The translations under genes were made by a program, and so were the position numbers. 64,000 nt of DNA from Bacteroidales bacterium (GTDB taxonomy: Bacteria > Bacteroidota > Bacteroidia > Bacteroidales > VadinHA17), in NCBI GenBank assembly GCA_046706305.1, contig JBJKPQ010000162.1:13381-77380 (forward strand), in the 5' to 3' direction. Each line of letters opens with the position of its first letter. Position 1 is the stretch's first letter. Under the pieces are notes generated by a model. That model had not been told where the DNA came from. It searched no databases and saw only the letters and a program-made list of their open reading frames with translations. Below are positions 9,735 to 19,507 of the stretch, piece by piece.

Positions 9735-10349
9735 ATGAGGTTTTTCAGGCCATTCCTGTTAAGCAGCTGGTTATTTCCGGAGGCTGTTACAAGGATCAGG
9801 ACCAGTGAAAAACTTATCTGGCTTACTTTTGATGACGGACCTGATCCGGATTCAACACCATGGATCCTGGAGATTCTGCAATCATATAATATTAAAGCCA
9901 CCTTTTTCTGTACCGGGAAATCAGCCGGCGATTATCCCGAACTGATGACAGGTATCAGAATGGGCGGACATATTATAGGTAACCATGGTTATATGCATAT
10001 TGACGGCTGGTTCACCGGGAAAGAAGATTATATCAGGAACGCTGAAAAAGCAGTTCCTTTTACTTCAGGATGGCTGTTCAGACCCCCCTACGGTCGTCTG
10101 ACACCGGGACAGTATAATATCCTGTCTGAAAAATTCAGGATAATACTTTGGGATCTTATGCCCTATGATTTTGATCGTTCCTTCACTGCCCGTGATTCCC
10201 TGAATATCCTGATGGATAAAATGCGTACTGGTTCAATTATTGTTCTTCACGATAAGCCTGACAGCTCATCCCAAAAATACCTTGATGAATTCATTGGGAG
10301 ATCACTCGATAAAGGCTATGACTTTGTTAGTGTTCCTGATATAAAGTAA
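9735..10349 (+). CDS. Polysaccharide deacetylase (NodB homology domain, CE4-like)
   Basis: 204 aa with LTFDDGPDP, ATFFCTG and GNHGYMH motifs. Starts 6 nt after the DUF2723 gene. Confidence 0.8.
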   Translation: MRFFRPFLLSSWLFPEAVTRIRTSEKLIWLTFDDGPDPDSTPWILEILQSYNIKATFFCTGKSAGDYPELMTGIRMGGHIIGNHGYMHIDGWFTGKEDYIRNAEKAVPFTSGWLFRPPYGRLTPGQYNILSEKFRIILWDLMPYDFDRSFTARDSLNILMDKMRTGSIIVLHDKPDSSSQKYLDEFIGRSLDKGYDFVSVPDIK

Positions 10350-10376
10350 TACTCCTTTATGATCACTACGATTTTT

Positions 10377-11507
10377 TCAGGCATAGCGGAGGAAGGAAGC
10401 TGCCATGGAAAATACTCTGTCAAAACTCCTGTTAACTTCGTCACTTAGTGGAGAGGCAAAGACAGGAAAAGGATTTTCGTGGGAGTATGAATAATTGAAA
10501 TCCCATACTTCGGCGGGTTTATGCTTTGGAGTATTAAGTGTGGCTAACACTCCCCCTGGGGGTATTACAGTATCATTTCTCAATGTAATGGATTGTATCT
10601 GGCTACGGAGCCTGTTAAATACGTTTTCTCTGAATTTTCTGAATCTTCCGAAATCGATCATCGATCGGAATGCCATACCTAATGAGCTGTTCTTAAGGAA
10701 ATCTGTTACCGGCCCTTTTCTCCCGAGACTGTTTTCAAAATCATTCAGATAGTAGTTGTAGACTATATCAAAAGCTTTACTGTCCATTATGAGTTTGGAT
10801 GACCCTCTCATCGAACTGAAAACAGATCCTCCGCAAAAAATGAAAAGTTTTGAATGGGAGAATAAACCCTCAGGATTACCCATTAACATGATCTCGGCAA
10901 GGAAGGCACCAATAGAATATGCAAAGATATTAATGTTGTTTGTCTGAGGTATCACCGGATGTTTTCCTCTTTTTATAGTATTAACAAGAGAAATTATATC
11001 AGCTGCTGTCTGGTATCCGGAATTAAAAAAGCGAAAAGGGTATTCTGTTAGTCTCGTACTAAGGGCTGCATTTGCAAAACTAGACATCATTATATTACCC
11101 CCGGTCATCAGCCGGTCATTCATTATGGCGGCCATTTTTCTAGGATCACGCCACGAATCAGGAGACCTGTTGATATGAAAAGAAATGGGGAAGAGGATAA
11201 CATGGCTCCCAGTCTTTTCTGACAGGCTTAATGCCCAGACGAGATATTTGGCCCACGATCTTTCATTCAAACCGTGTAACAGAATTATGACATCACCTGA
11301 TGTTTTTCCCGTCGGGGAGAAAACAGGGTAGGTGAAGCTTCTGTTTTCAGTAATAAGGGTGTCGGATAAACTTAGAAAATTATTATCGGGGAAATGTGAA
11401 GTAAAATCTATGTTCCTTATATACACTTCTCTCCCGGGAACAGGAATATAACCTGTAGCCGGGTTAAATAGGTTTTTAAGTTCTTTATAGGTTGATGTGT
11501 ATTCCAT
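10377..11507 (-). CDS. Alpha/beta-fold hydrolase, unknown specificity
   Basis: ILLHGLNE (oxyanion region) and AYSIGA nucleophile-elbow variant. The ORF-track start at 11537 is TTG, so I prefer the ATG at 11507 (MEYTSTYKEL). Confidence 0.55.
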   Translation of the reverse strand: MEYTSTYKELKNLFNPATGYIPVPGREVYIRNIDFTSHFPDNNFLSLSDTLITENRSFTYPVFSPTGKTSGDVIILLHGLNERSWAKYLVWALSLSEKTGSHVILFPISFHINRSPDSWRDPRKMAAIMNDRLMTGGNIMMSSFANAALSTRLTEYPFRFFNSGYQTAADIISLVNTIKRGKHPVIPQTNNINIFAYSIGAFLAEIMLMGNPEGLFSHSKLFIFCGGSVFSSMRGSSKLIMDSKAFDIVYNYYLNDFENSLGRKGPVTDFLKNSSLGMAFRSMIDFGRFRKFRENVFNRLRSQIQSITLRNDTVIPPGGVLATLNTPKHKPAEVWDFNYSYSHENPFPVFASPLSDEVNRSFDRVFSMAASFLRYA

Positions 11508-11726
11508 ACCTTCGGAAATTTGTTTTGCCTGTAACAAAGTAACATCCGGATAAAGCTATTGGCAAGTTTTTGTGTTGCACATAAGCACAGAGGGATATAA
11601 ATTGAGAATATGGGATGTAATCGCGTTATTTGTGACCAAATTCGATTATAAATAGCGGCTGTTACAGTGATATATAAGGTCGGGTTACAGAAAAAAATTA
11701 ATTTTGCATAAGCTATATGTTCACAA

Positions 11727-12593
11727 ATGATAGATTTCCAGAAACCGGTACCTCCATATCTCAATGAAAAGGTTAATATCGTTAGGCTGGTAGTATTTAC
11801 CTCCTTATTTGCCCTGGTATTTATAAACCTTTATTCCCCCTTCGGAGCTGATACATGGTTCGACCTTACTCCACTGCAGTTTTTTACTTATTCAAGTCTT
11901 ACAATACTTACTGGTGTTCTTGTGGTAGTAATAAGCAGGGTTATAATGTATATGGTAAGTAAACGACATTCAATTATACTGTGGCAGTACCTGTTATGGA
12001 TCCTGGCCGAGATTTTTTTCATGGCACTTGTTTATGCCCTATTTGAAAAATATGTTCTTAAGGATGCCAGGTTACTGACAGAAATAGTAAAGGTCCTTTT
12101 CAGGAATACGGCACTTGTCCTGTTATTACCATATTCGGTCCTGTGGCTTTATTTCTCATGGAGGGATAAAAAGGAACAGATTGACAGGTTGGCAGATATA
12201 CAGGACTTTAATTCAAATACCAGGGATATGATACCCTTTTACGACGACAAGGGAATTCTTAAGTTTTCAATTAAGAAGGAGAACCTTTTTTATCTGGAAT
12301 CTGCCGAAAACTACGTAAACATTTGCTATCTCAACAAAGGTAAGATATCTAAATATCTGTTACGTGAGACACTCAAGAAAGCCGAGGAGGATTTTACCGG
12401 AACGGAGATCATCAGATGTCACAGATCGTATATTGTAAATTTCGACAAGGTGAGGGTGATAAGAAAAGACCAGGATGGCCTGAAACTTGAATTTGATAAT
12501 CCCGCTGTAATAGATATTCCTGTATCAAAAACATATGTTAATTCAGTGATGCAGACATTTTCAAAATATTCTCATACAAGCGGCAGTATCTGA
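11727..12593 (+). CDS. Membrane-anchored LytTR-domain DNA-binding protein (no receiver domain)
   Basis: 288 aa. About four N-terminal TM helices, then a LytTR domain (..ENYVNICYLN..IIRCHRSYIVNFDKV..). Confidence 0.75.
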   Translation: MIDFQKPVPPYLNEKVNIVRLVVFTSLFALVFINLYSPFGADTWFDLTPLQFFTYSSLTILTGVLVVVISRVIMYMVSKRHSIILWQYLLWILAEIFFMALVYALFEKYVLKDARLLTEIVKVLFRNTALVLLLPYSVLWLYFSWRDKKEQIDRLADIQDFNSNTRDMIPFYDDKGILKFSIKKENLFYLESAENYVNICYLNKGKISKYLLRETLKKAEEDFTGTEIIRCHRSYIVNFDKVRVIRKDQDGLKLEFDNPAVIDIPVSKTYVNSVMQTFSKYSHTSGSI

Positions 12594-12611
12594 ATGAATT
12601 ATTAATACAGT

Positions 12612-12641
12612 TTTGATTGTCGGAATGAAATGTTACTTTTG
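12612..12641 (+). promoter_or_regulatory. Candidate purD promoter (TTTG-N18-TACTTTTG)
   Basis: TTTG at 12612-12615 and TACTTTTG at 12634-12641. The ATG is 25 nt downstream. Matches the Bacteroides -33/-7 consensus, with a slightly short spacer. Confidence 0.5.
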
Positions 12642-12665
12642 ATGTAACAAAACTCAGAACAAATA

Positions 12666-13934
12666 ATGAATATTCTTATCCTGGGATCAGGAGGCAGGGA
12701 ACATGCCATTACCTGGAAGCTGGCACAAAGTAAAAAAGCAGGTGATATTTATATTGGACCCGGAAATGCGGGAACTTCAGCTCATGGCACCAACATAGAC
12801 ATAGACCCTGGTAACTTTGACCAGGTTAAGGAGGCAGTTCTTAAATACGGCATAGGGATGGTTGTGGTAGGCCCGGAAGCACCTCTTGTAAACGGGATAA
12901 GTGATTTTTTTGCTTCGGATGCTGACCTTAAAAACATACCGGTTATAGGTCCGTCAGGCAAAGCGGCACAACTGGAAGGGAGCAAGGATTTTGCAAAATC
13001 ATTTCTTAAGCGTCATAACATACCTACTGCAGCATACAGGAGTTTTGATAAAAATTCTGTCAGTGAAGTTCCCGGTTTCATGCGCAGCCTGCAACCTCCT
13101 TATGTTATTAAGGCTGACGGTCTGGCTGCTGGGAAAGGGGTGCTTATCATTGATGAGTTCGACGAGGCTGTTACAGAGACTAAAGCCATCCTGGAAGGGA
13201 AATTCGGTAATGCCGGGCAGAAAGTTGTAATTGAACAGTTTCTTAAAGGCATAGAGTTATCAGTATTTATATTAACCGATGGTACATCATACAAACTGTT
13301 GCCGGAAGCCAAGGATTATAAAAGAATCGGGGAAGGGGATAAGGGTCTTAACACAGGAGGCATGGGCGCAGTATCACCCGTTCCGTTTGCCGATGATAGT
13401 TTTATGGAAAAGGTAAGGGAAAGGATAATTGATCCGACGATGAAAGGGCTGGAAACAGACGGTATCCTTTATAAAGGATTTATCTTTTTCGGCCTTATCA
13501 ATGTAGAAGGTGATCCGTATGTAATAGAATATAACGCAAGGCTTGGTGATCCGGAATCTGAAGTAATCATACCCCGTATTAAGTCAGATCTCTTTGATCT
13601 GTTTGAAGGAGTTGCAAATGGTGACCTGCATACAAGAAATATAGAAACGGATTACAGATCCGTTACTACGGTAATGCTTGTTTCCGGCGGTTATCCGGGC
13701 AACTATGAAAAGGGGAAATTGATTGAGGGCCTTGACAAGGCAACAGACTGTGTGCTATTTCATGCAGGAACAAAAATCGTTGACGACAGGGTGCTTACGG
13801 CAGGAGGCAGGGTAATTGCCGTAAGTTCATGGGGAAATAATATGGATGAGGCTCTGTCAAAATCATACAGGAATGCAACTCTTGTCGATTTTGAGGGGAA
13901 ATATTACAGAACCGATATAGGATTTGATCTTTAG
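12666..13934 (+). CDS. purD: Phosphoribosylamine--glycine ligase
   Basis: 422 aa. [18 protein letters not shown] start and ATP-grasp core (..[13 protein letters not shown].., ..[10 protein letters not shown]..). Confidence 0.95.
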   Translation: MNILILGSGGREHAITWKLAQSKKAGDIYIGPGNAGTSAHGTNIDIDPGNFDQVKEAVLKYGIGMVVVGPEAPLVNGISDFFASDADLKNIPVIGPSGKAAQLEGSKDFAKSFLKRHNIPTAAYRSFDKNSVSEVPGFMRSLQPPYVIKADGLAAGKGVLIIDEFDEAVTETKAILEGKFGNAGQKVVIEQFLKGIELSVFILTDGTSYKLLPEAKDYKRIGEGDKGLNTGGMGAVSPVPFADDSFMEKVRERIIDPTMKGLETDGILYKGFIFFGLINVEGDPYVIEYNARLGDPESEVIIPRIKSDLFDLFEGVANGDLHTRNIETDYRSVTTVMLVSGGYPGNYEKGKLIEGLDKATDCVLFHAGTKIVDDRVLTAGGRVIAVSSWGNNMDEALSKSYRNATLVDFEGKYYRTDIGFDL

Positions 13935-13940
13935 TTATTA

Positions 13941-14936
13941 ATGCTTTTAAGATTTTTTAAGGGGACCGGCCCGGGTGTAATTTTCCTGACAGGGGTTACA
14001 TTGCTGGCTGTCTGGCTCAGTGCGTTCTTTAAGATACAGGGCCATTTCTCATTGTATTTTGATCTTAATCCAATGCCTCTTTATGGTCTGCTTGCCTCAT
14101 TCGTAGGCACCAATCCGCTTCCCGGTGTATTGTTTTCATTATTGCTTGTCTCTTTGATGGCCTTCCTTATGGTTAACCTGAATAATTCTCTTTTTTTTAT
14201 TAACCAGAGAACATTCCTGCCGGCACTTATTTATATTCTTCTTAGCGGGCTTTTCCCCGATTACCAGGTTATGAATCCTGCAATCTTCTCAGCTATGTTT
14301 CTTATGCTGGCGATAAGAAGGATTATGGATTCATACAGGGTTCAGGGTATTTCATACAGCTTTTTTGATGCAGGTTTGCTTATAGCTGCCGGAAGCCTTT
14401 TCTATGCAAATGTAATCTGGTTTGGACTATTAATAATTATCGGTATTGCATTACTCAGGATGAGTAATATGAAAGAAATTCTTATTGCAATTATCGGATT
14501 ACTTACTCCCTGGGTGCTGACTTTCGGTATTTATTATCTGGCAGGCAGGGATCTTAACGACCTCGTAGCAGTTATAAAATATAATCTTTTTGCAAAACAG
14601 ACGGTCTATGTTTTTACAAGGTACTCTGTTGCTGCTATTGTGATAACGGGAATTATTACGGTTATAAGTATTGCAGGGCTAACAATGGAAATGAATAAGA
14701 AAAAGATACAATCGAGAAAGACATTTTCATTATTGATATGGATGTTTCTTATTTCACTTGGAGTGTATTTTATTTTCTCATCAGTCTCCGTTGAGATATT
14801 GTGGATAACAGCTATCCCTGTAAGCTACTTCATAGCCCATTACCTGTTGTTTTCAAAAAGTCGTATTATCCCGGAAATAGTTCTTACTCTTATTTTCCTT
14901 ATGATCTTCCTTGTACAGCTTGTGAATTTCAGATAA
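13941..14936 (+). CDS. Hypothetical polytopic inner-membrane protein
   Basis: 331 aa, 8-9 hydrophobic helices, no recognisable motif. Starts 6 nt after purD. Confidence 0.6.
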   Translation: MLLRFFKGTGPGVIFLTGVTLLAVWLSAFFKIQGHFSLYFDLNPMPLYGLLASFVGTNPLPGVLFSLLLVSLMAFLMVNLNNSLFFINQRTFLPALIYILLSGLFPDYQVMNPAIFSAMFLMLAIRRIMDSYRVQGISYSFFDAGLLIAAGSLFYANVIWFGLLIIIGIALLRMSNMKEILIAIIGLLTPWVLTFGIYYLAGRDLNDLVAVIKYNLFAKQTVYVFTRYSVAAIVITGIITVISIAGLTMEMNKKKIQSRKTFSLLIWMFLISLGVYFIFSSVSVEILWITAIPVSYFIAHYLLFSKSRIIPEIVLTLIFLMIFLVQLVNFR

Positions 14937-14941
14937 GCTTC

Positions 14942-15376
14942 TTATCTGATCATCGATACTACACCCACACCTGCTCCCTGGTGACCGCCGTAAAAATCGT
15001 AATATAGGTTATATATCCCGCTTTTGTTGCATATGAAGTCTACGAAGGGGTATGTTTTTCCGTTAGTATCATATGAAGAAAGTACTACCCTGTTTGAATT
15101 GTCCTTGATTGTAAGGATAAGCCTGCCGCCAGAACCCTGCGCATTACAAAGGGAAAACCTGTATTTTGTGTTTTTCCATAGAGATATGCTGGCTTTGTAT
15201 CTAAGAACAGTCTTATTATCTGCGCTCTTTCCCAGTTCAATACGGAAATCTTTTAAAAACTTGGCATTGGAGCCGGCGCTTAAGGCGCATTCGCTTCTGA
15301 GATCATCAGATACCTGGCCGTATGACATCATGCCTGCCGTAAGTAAAACCGTAAGAGTTAATAAGAACTTATTCAT
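14942..15376 (-). CDS. Hypothetical small secreted protein (beta-rich)
   Basis: 144 aa with signal peptide MNKFLLTLTVLLTAGMMSYGQ. Its start lies 1 nt after the stop of the upstream lipoprotein gene (TAGTATG junction). Last gene of the ABC operon. Confidence 0.55.
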   Translation of the reverse strand: MNKFLLTLTVLLTAGMMSYGQVSDDLRSECALSAGSNAKFLKDFRIELGKSADNKTVLRYKASISLWKNTKYRFSLCNAQGSGGRLILTIKDNSNRVVLSSYDTNGKTYPFVDFICNKSGIYNLYYDFYGGHQGAGVGVVSMIR

Positions 15377-15377
15377 A

Positions 15378-16289
15378 CTATTTATTTAAAATAAGCTTGT
15401 CTCTGATTGATTTTGTAATTTCAACTATACCATTTAGTTGTTCCTTTGTCATTTCAACATTACTTGTTTCTGTCTGCGTAACTACAAGTCCGCCGTTCTT
15501 TTCCTTGCTTACCGGTGCTCCCTGGGTATATGTTATCCTGACGTCCCTGTATTTGTCTTTAATCGCCTGGAGGTCGCTGCACAGGCTTGTATATTCGGGA
15601 TCATGATTACAATAGGGATTGATAAGCATCAGCAAATCATTGAGAATTATCTTCTGCTCTCCAATCCTGTCGCTAAGCATCTTGTCGGGGTAAAGTTTGA
15701 CTACTTGTGTTGCAAGATATTGACCCTCGAGCCATACACCTATAATCATCAGGGCCGATAACTGTCCGCGGTTATTATCCCTCAGATAAGTGTCAATCTT
15801 GTTATACGAATCGATAGAGATGAACAGAAGAGAATCGAGGTTGGATTTGTTCTGAGATAACCTTTTGATTGTTTCAAAGTCGAAAAACTGACCTACATTA
15901 ATATCATCGGCCAGCTTCCTGATAGAGGTAAGAACATCAAGAGATGAACCTGTCCTCTCATAAATATTAAGATATCCCAGATCAGCGCCCAGGACACCCA
16001 GTTTAAGAGCTTTGTCAAAACTTGTGCTCTGTTTGTTGGCATCAATGGAACTGGCCAGGTATTCCTGATTGAAAGGGACGTCAAGAGTCTGAAGCAGGTT
16101 TGCTATCTCTACCGGAGAAGTGATATTTTTTGAAATATCGGCTATTGCCTCCGGACTAAGTTTCTCAGCTTCAGAGACAGGTACCGAATCAGCTTCAGGA
16201 AATACAAATTCATTTTCCTTGTTCGATGAGTTCCGGCATGCGAAACTTAGAACAACAATTAGTGTTATGAAGATTACCTTGCCTTTCAT
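15378..16289 (-). CDS. Hypothetical lipoprotein (mostly helical)
   Basis: Lipobox at MKGKVIFITLIVVLSFAC. Start moved to this Met (16289) from the ORF-track start at 16322. No motif recognised. Confidence 0.6.
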   Translation of the reverse strand: MKGKVIFITLIVVLSFACRNSSNKENEFVFPEADSVPVSEAEKLSPEAIADISKNITSPVEIANLLQTLDVPFNQEYLASSIDANKQSTSFDKALKLGVLGADLGYLNIYERTGSSLDVLTSIRKLADDINVGQFFDFETIKRLSQNKSNLDSLLFISIDSYNKIDTYLRDNNRGQLSALMIIGVWLEGQYLATQVVKLYPDKMLSDRIGEQKIILNDLLMLINPYCNHDPEYTSLCSDLQAIKDKYRDVRITYTQGAPVSKEKNGGLVVTQTETSNVEMTKEQLNGIVEITKSIRDKLILNK

Positions 16290-16342
16290 CCAGGTATTGT
16301 ATAGATTAAAACAAAAATACAAAAAAACAGGTTAACAATGTA

Positions 16343-19300
16343 TTAATTCTTCTTTTTAGAGAATTTTATATTATCAAAAAAATATATCACTTTACCTAAA
16401 ACCTCAAAATAAAGCAGTATATACAACAGTACAGTACTTAAAAGAACAATTGAGATATTGAAGAAAAAAGTGTCGGTTTTAATACCGAAAATGTACTTTG
16501 AAGGAGCATAGAAGTGAGTGCGGAAATCAAAAAAACCGTCTTCTTCCGGATCGAGATATATAGGATCTATGTTCTGGATAAGCGAATTATTATATATAAG
16601 TATCTTCTTCCTTTCATAAGGTTTTGTAACGATTTCCTCCAGTTTATAATTGTAATATTCATTCTCAAGCTTTCTGAGAAGCAGGTCGTTTGCATAATAG
16701 AACCTGTCTTTAATGTCTGTTGCTTCTGCCGAGATCCTGTTGAAAAACAGGTCAGCCCTATTCAGGTAAGTAGTAAGTGAATCGTAAGTATCAGGATTGA
16801 ACCTGTTTGCTGCCAGGTCTTTAATATATGCAAATTCAGGCAGATTGTATTCAGTTGACATTTTGAGGAGCTCATTTCTCAGCAGTGGCAGTTTCGTAAA
16901 AATGGCTTTTACAGTGTTTGATCCGGCCTTAATGTTCCTGTCACCCGTTAACGTATTCCGCCTGTATTCAAAGAGACTTGTCTCAAGTGCATCGCGAAGG
17001 GCTTTCAGCCTGTAAACTTTATTAAATTCGGCTTCATTAATTTTCTTTTCCAGGTCAAAGAACGTGTCACCTGACTTATCATACTTTACCTGGCTGTACC
17101 TGTTATCCTTGAATTGTGAAACCATAAGAGCTTCATAGGTCCATCTTGTTGGCATTAATTCTGCGATCAATGGTACTTTTTCAACATTGCCTATTTCCCT
17201 GTTCAGCTTGTCGAACGGGAACATTGCACCGCTTAGCACCATCATAGGTATTATAAGAAGGGGAATTATTATATAAATTGTTATTGCAGAGTTAAAGGAA
17301 GCTGAAATATTCAGACCTATCATGTTGGCACAAAAGGCCGTTGCAAATAAAGCCATCCAGTAATGAAAGTACATCCCTTTGATGCCAAGGACAGAATTGG
17401 CAATAATAATGAAAAGGAGTGATTGCAGCGATGATATTATTATGAGTATACTGACCTTTGATAAAAGATAACTCGAGCGGCTGAGATTTAAAAAATGTTC
17501 CCTTCTGATTATTTTCCTGTCGCGGAATATTTCTTCCGCACTTATTGTAAGGCCCAGGAAAAGGGCAACAATAATGCTCATGAAAATATAAATAGGTATG
17601 TTTTCATTCTCGGAAAAGATATAAATATTGGAGTCGGGATCAGGTATATATCTTATCAGGAACGACAGAATAAAACCCAGTACAGGTGCTTCCAGGAGTG
17701 TAAGGAGTACATATTGCCTGTTGGAAATCTTACTCTTAATATCTCTGGTGAGATAGATCAGGTACTGGCCTGTCTTACCCGGCCTGTTCAGGTTCTTATG
17801 AGGCGGCTCATGTATATCCGGCAACTTTTTGAAAGGATGTTTCTCATTGAATTGCCTGGCCCATTCCTGCGGACTTGTTTTTCTTTTATCAGTGTATTTA
17901 CCAAATTCATCAACAACCTGTGTGTCGATAATATTAAATATTGTCTCGGGATTTACATTGCCACACAGCGGACACTCACCCAGGCTGGCATTTATCTGCG
18001 AATCCACAGTTTTAAAGTAAACCACAGCATCAACAGGATTGCCGAAATAAGCCATACATCCATCCTGATCAAGAATTATTACTTTGTCAAACATCTTGAA
18101 GATTTCGGAAGAGGGCTGATGGATCACTGTGAAGATCAGCGTTCCTTTAAGAGTGAGATCGCGGAGTATGTCCATAAGGTTCTCAGAATCTCTTGAAGAC
18201 AGACCGGAAGTCGGCTCATCTATGAACATAACTGCTGGTTCTCTTATCAGTTCAAGTGCAATATTGAGTCTCTTTCTCTGTCCTCCGCTGATGACTTTAT
18301 TATAAGGAGTTCCTACCTTCAGGTTCTTTTTCTCAAGTAATCCAAGGTTTGACAGTGTTGTGTCTACCAGGGCTGTAATTTCCTCTTTCGTTTTGTCTCT
18401 GAAACAAAGTCTGGCAGCATAATACAGATTATCAAACACAGTTAGTTCTTCTATCAGAAGATCATCCTGAGGTATATATCCGAATACCCCTTCCATCAGT
18501 TCATCTTCACTGTATATATCTATCCCGTTTACATTAACAGTCCCCGAATCGGGTCTCTGCATGCCGCTTAACAGGTTAAGGAGTGAGGTTTTACCGGAAC
18601 CGCTGGCTCCCAGGATACCCACGAGCCTGCCCACTTCAATAGCAAAACTTACGTCATTAACAGCAGGCTGACCTTCATGGAACTTATAGGTCAGGTGCTC
18701 TGCATTGAATGATAACTTGTGAATGATTATCCCAGATAAAAACCTCGAGTTAATATCGCTGTAATAGAAAGGATGTCCCTGCTGCGATCTTATAGAACTT
18801 CCCTTCGCCAGGGAATATACTACCCCCGAAGTAATAGGAAGTCCATTTAAATAAAGCTGATCATTTGAAATATATTTGACAAAATACAGGTCTACACTTG
18901 CAATCCTAAGGATTATAATACTTGTATCGTTATAACCGGTATGCATCCTCCTGCATAGATCACATTCACTGTTTTCCCTGTTGAGAACAAGAATGGAAGG
19001 GTTTTTCAGCTTAGCGGGATCATCATTTTTGACAAACTGCTCAGCTGATGCAAATTCGGATTGTGATATCCTGAAAACCTCTGCTACGGTATTGATGATA
19101 TTCATTCTCTGCACTGTGAACCCTTTATCGGCATTTATAAGCTCATAAAGCCTGATAAGTACCACAAATTTCTGAGCCTGGTTGAGAGTACGGTTTATCT
19201 TTTTACAAATTCCCAGGATCTGCACAGAGTCCTTTACTGAAGGAGAGGCATTTGTCTTTACTGTGGACCTTTTGATAACAGGTCCCGCATGTTTTTCAAA

Positions 19301-19450
19301 CAGAGCCATATATTCATCCACACTTTCCCGGGAAAGCTGTTTACTAAGGAATTGCATTACATACTCACGCTCGTTTATGAGTATACCTCCGTCCTGTTTG
19401 ACAATCAGGGCAAACAATTCCATTAAGGCTTTCAGGATCTCTTCACTCAT
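16343..19450 (-). CDS. ABCG-type (NBD-then-ABC-2 permease) transporter with TerB-like N-terminal domain and a large extracytoplasmic loop
   Basis: 1035 aa. Residues 1-135 hold two TerB/DjlA-N-like helical repeats. Walker A is GASGSGKT (aa 281-288, about 18587-18610), signature is SGGQRKRL, Walker B is MFIDEPTSGLS. The ABC-2 type TM block spans aa ~560-760, followed by a ~240-aa hydrophilic insertion before the last TM (FFFNISIVLLSTVLLYILLYF). Confidence 0.85.
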   Translation of the reverse strand: MSEEILKALMELFALIVKQDGGILINEREYVMQFLSKQLSRESVDEYMALFEKHAGPVIKRSTVKTNASPSVKDSVQILGICKKINRTLNQAQKFVVLIRLYELINADKGFTVQRMNIINTVAEVFRISQSEFASAEQFVKNDDPAKLKNPSILVLNRENSECDLCRRMHTGYNDTSIIILRIASVDLYFVKYISNDQLYLNGLPITSGVVYSLAKGSSIRSQQGHPFYYSDINSRFLSGIIIHKLSFNAEHLTYKFHEGQPAVNDVSFAIEVGRLVGILGASGSGKTSLLNLLSGMQRPDSGTVNVNGIDIYSEDELMEGVFGYIPQDDLLIEELTVFDNLYYAARLCFRDKTKEEITALVDTTLSNLGLLEKKNLKVGTPYNKVISGGQRKRLNIALELIREPAVMFIDEPTSGLSSRDSENLMDILRDLTLKGTLIFTVIHQPSSEIFKMFDKVIILDQDGCMAYFGNPVDAVVYFKTVDSQINASLGECPLCGNVNPETIFNIIDTQVVDEFGKYTDKRKTSPQEWARQFNEKHPFKKLPDIHEPPHKNLNRPGKTGQYLIYLTRDIKSKISNRQYVLLTLLEAPVLGFILSFLIRYIPDPDSNIYIFSENENIPIYIFMSIIVALFLGLTISAEEIFRDRKIIRREHFLNLSRSSYLLSKVSILIIISSLQSLLFIIIANSVLGIKGMYFHYWMALFATAFCANMIGLNISASFNSAITIYIIIPLLIIPMMVLSGAMFPFDKLNREIGNVEKVPLIAELMPTRWTYEALMVSQFKDNRYSQVKYDKSGDTFFDLEKKINEAEFNKVYRLKALRDALETSLFEYRRNTLTGDRNIKAGSNTVKAIFTKLPLLRNELLKMSTEYNLPEFAYIKDLAANRFNPDTYDSLTTYLNRADLFFNRISAEATDIKDRFYYANDLLLRKLENEYYNYKLEEIVTKPYERKKILIYNNSLIQNIDPIYLDPEEDGFFDFRTHFYAPSKYIFGIKTDTFFFNISIVLLSTVLLYILLYFEVLGKVIYFFDNIKFSKKKN

Positions 19451-19507
19451 ATATTGGTTGCGACACTTGTATTATTCCGAAAAACCGAAGTTAAAAAAAA
19501 TATGGTT

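Noticed and set aside
9735-10349. Considered the CE4 deacetylase as the missing PgaB-like partner of the GT2 synthase operon.
   Set aside because: It lies 13 kb away, is separated by unrelated housekeeping genes, and is tightly coupled (6-nt gap) to the DUF2723 gene instead.
17495-18196. Long antisense ORFs lie inside large genes. Examples are 17495-18196, 19605-20336, 25473-25946, 45324-45809, 61657-62175 and 36051-36455, plus the many 60-130-aa ORFs in the track.
   Set aside because: All lie fully within and opposite to, or out of frame with, strongly supported genes. Their translations are low-complexity (S/L/R/I-rich) with no motifs, which is typical of shadow ORFs.
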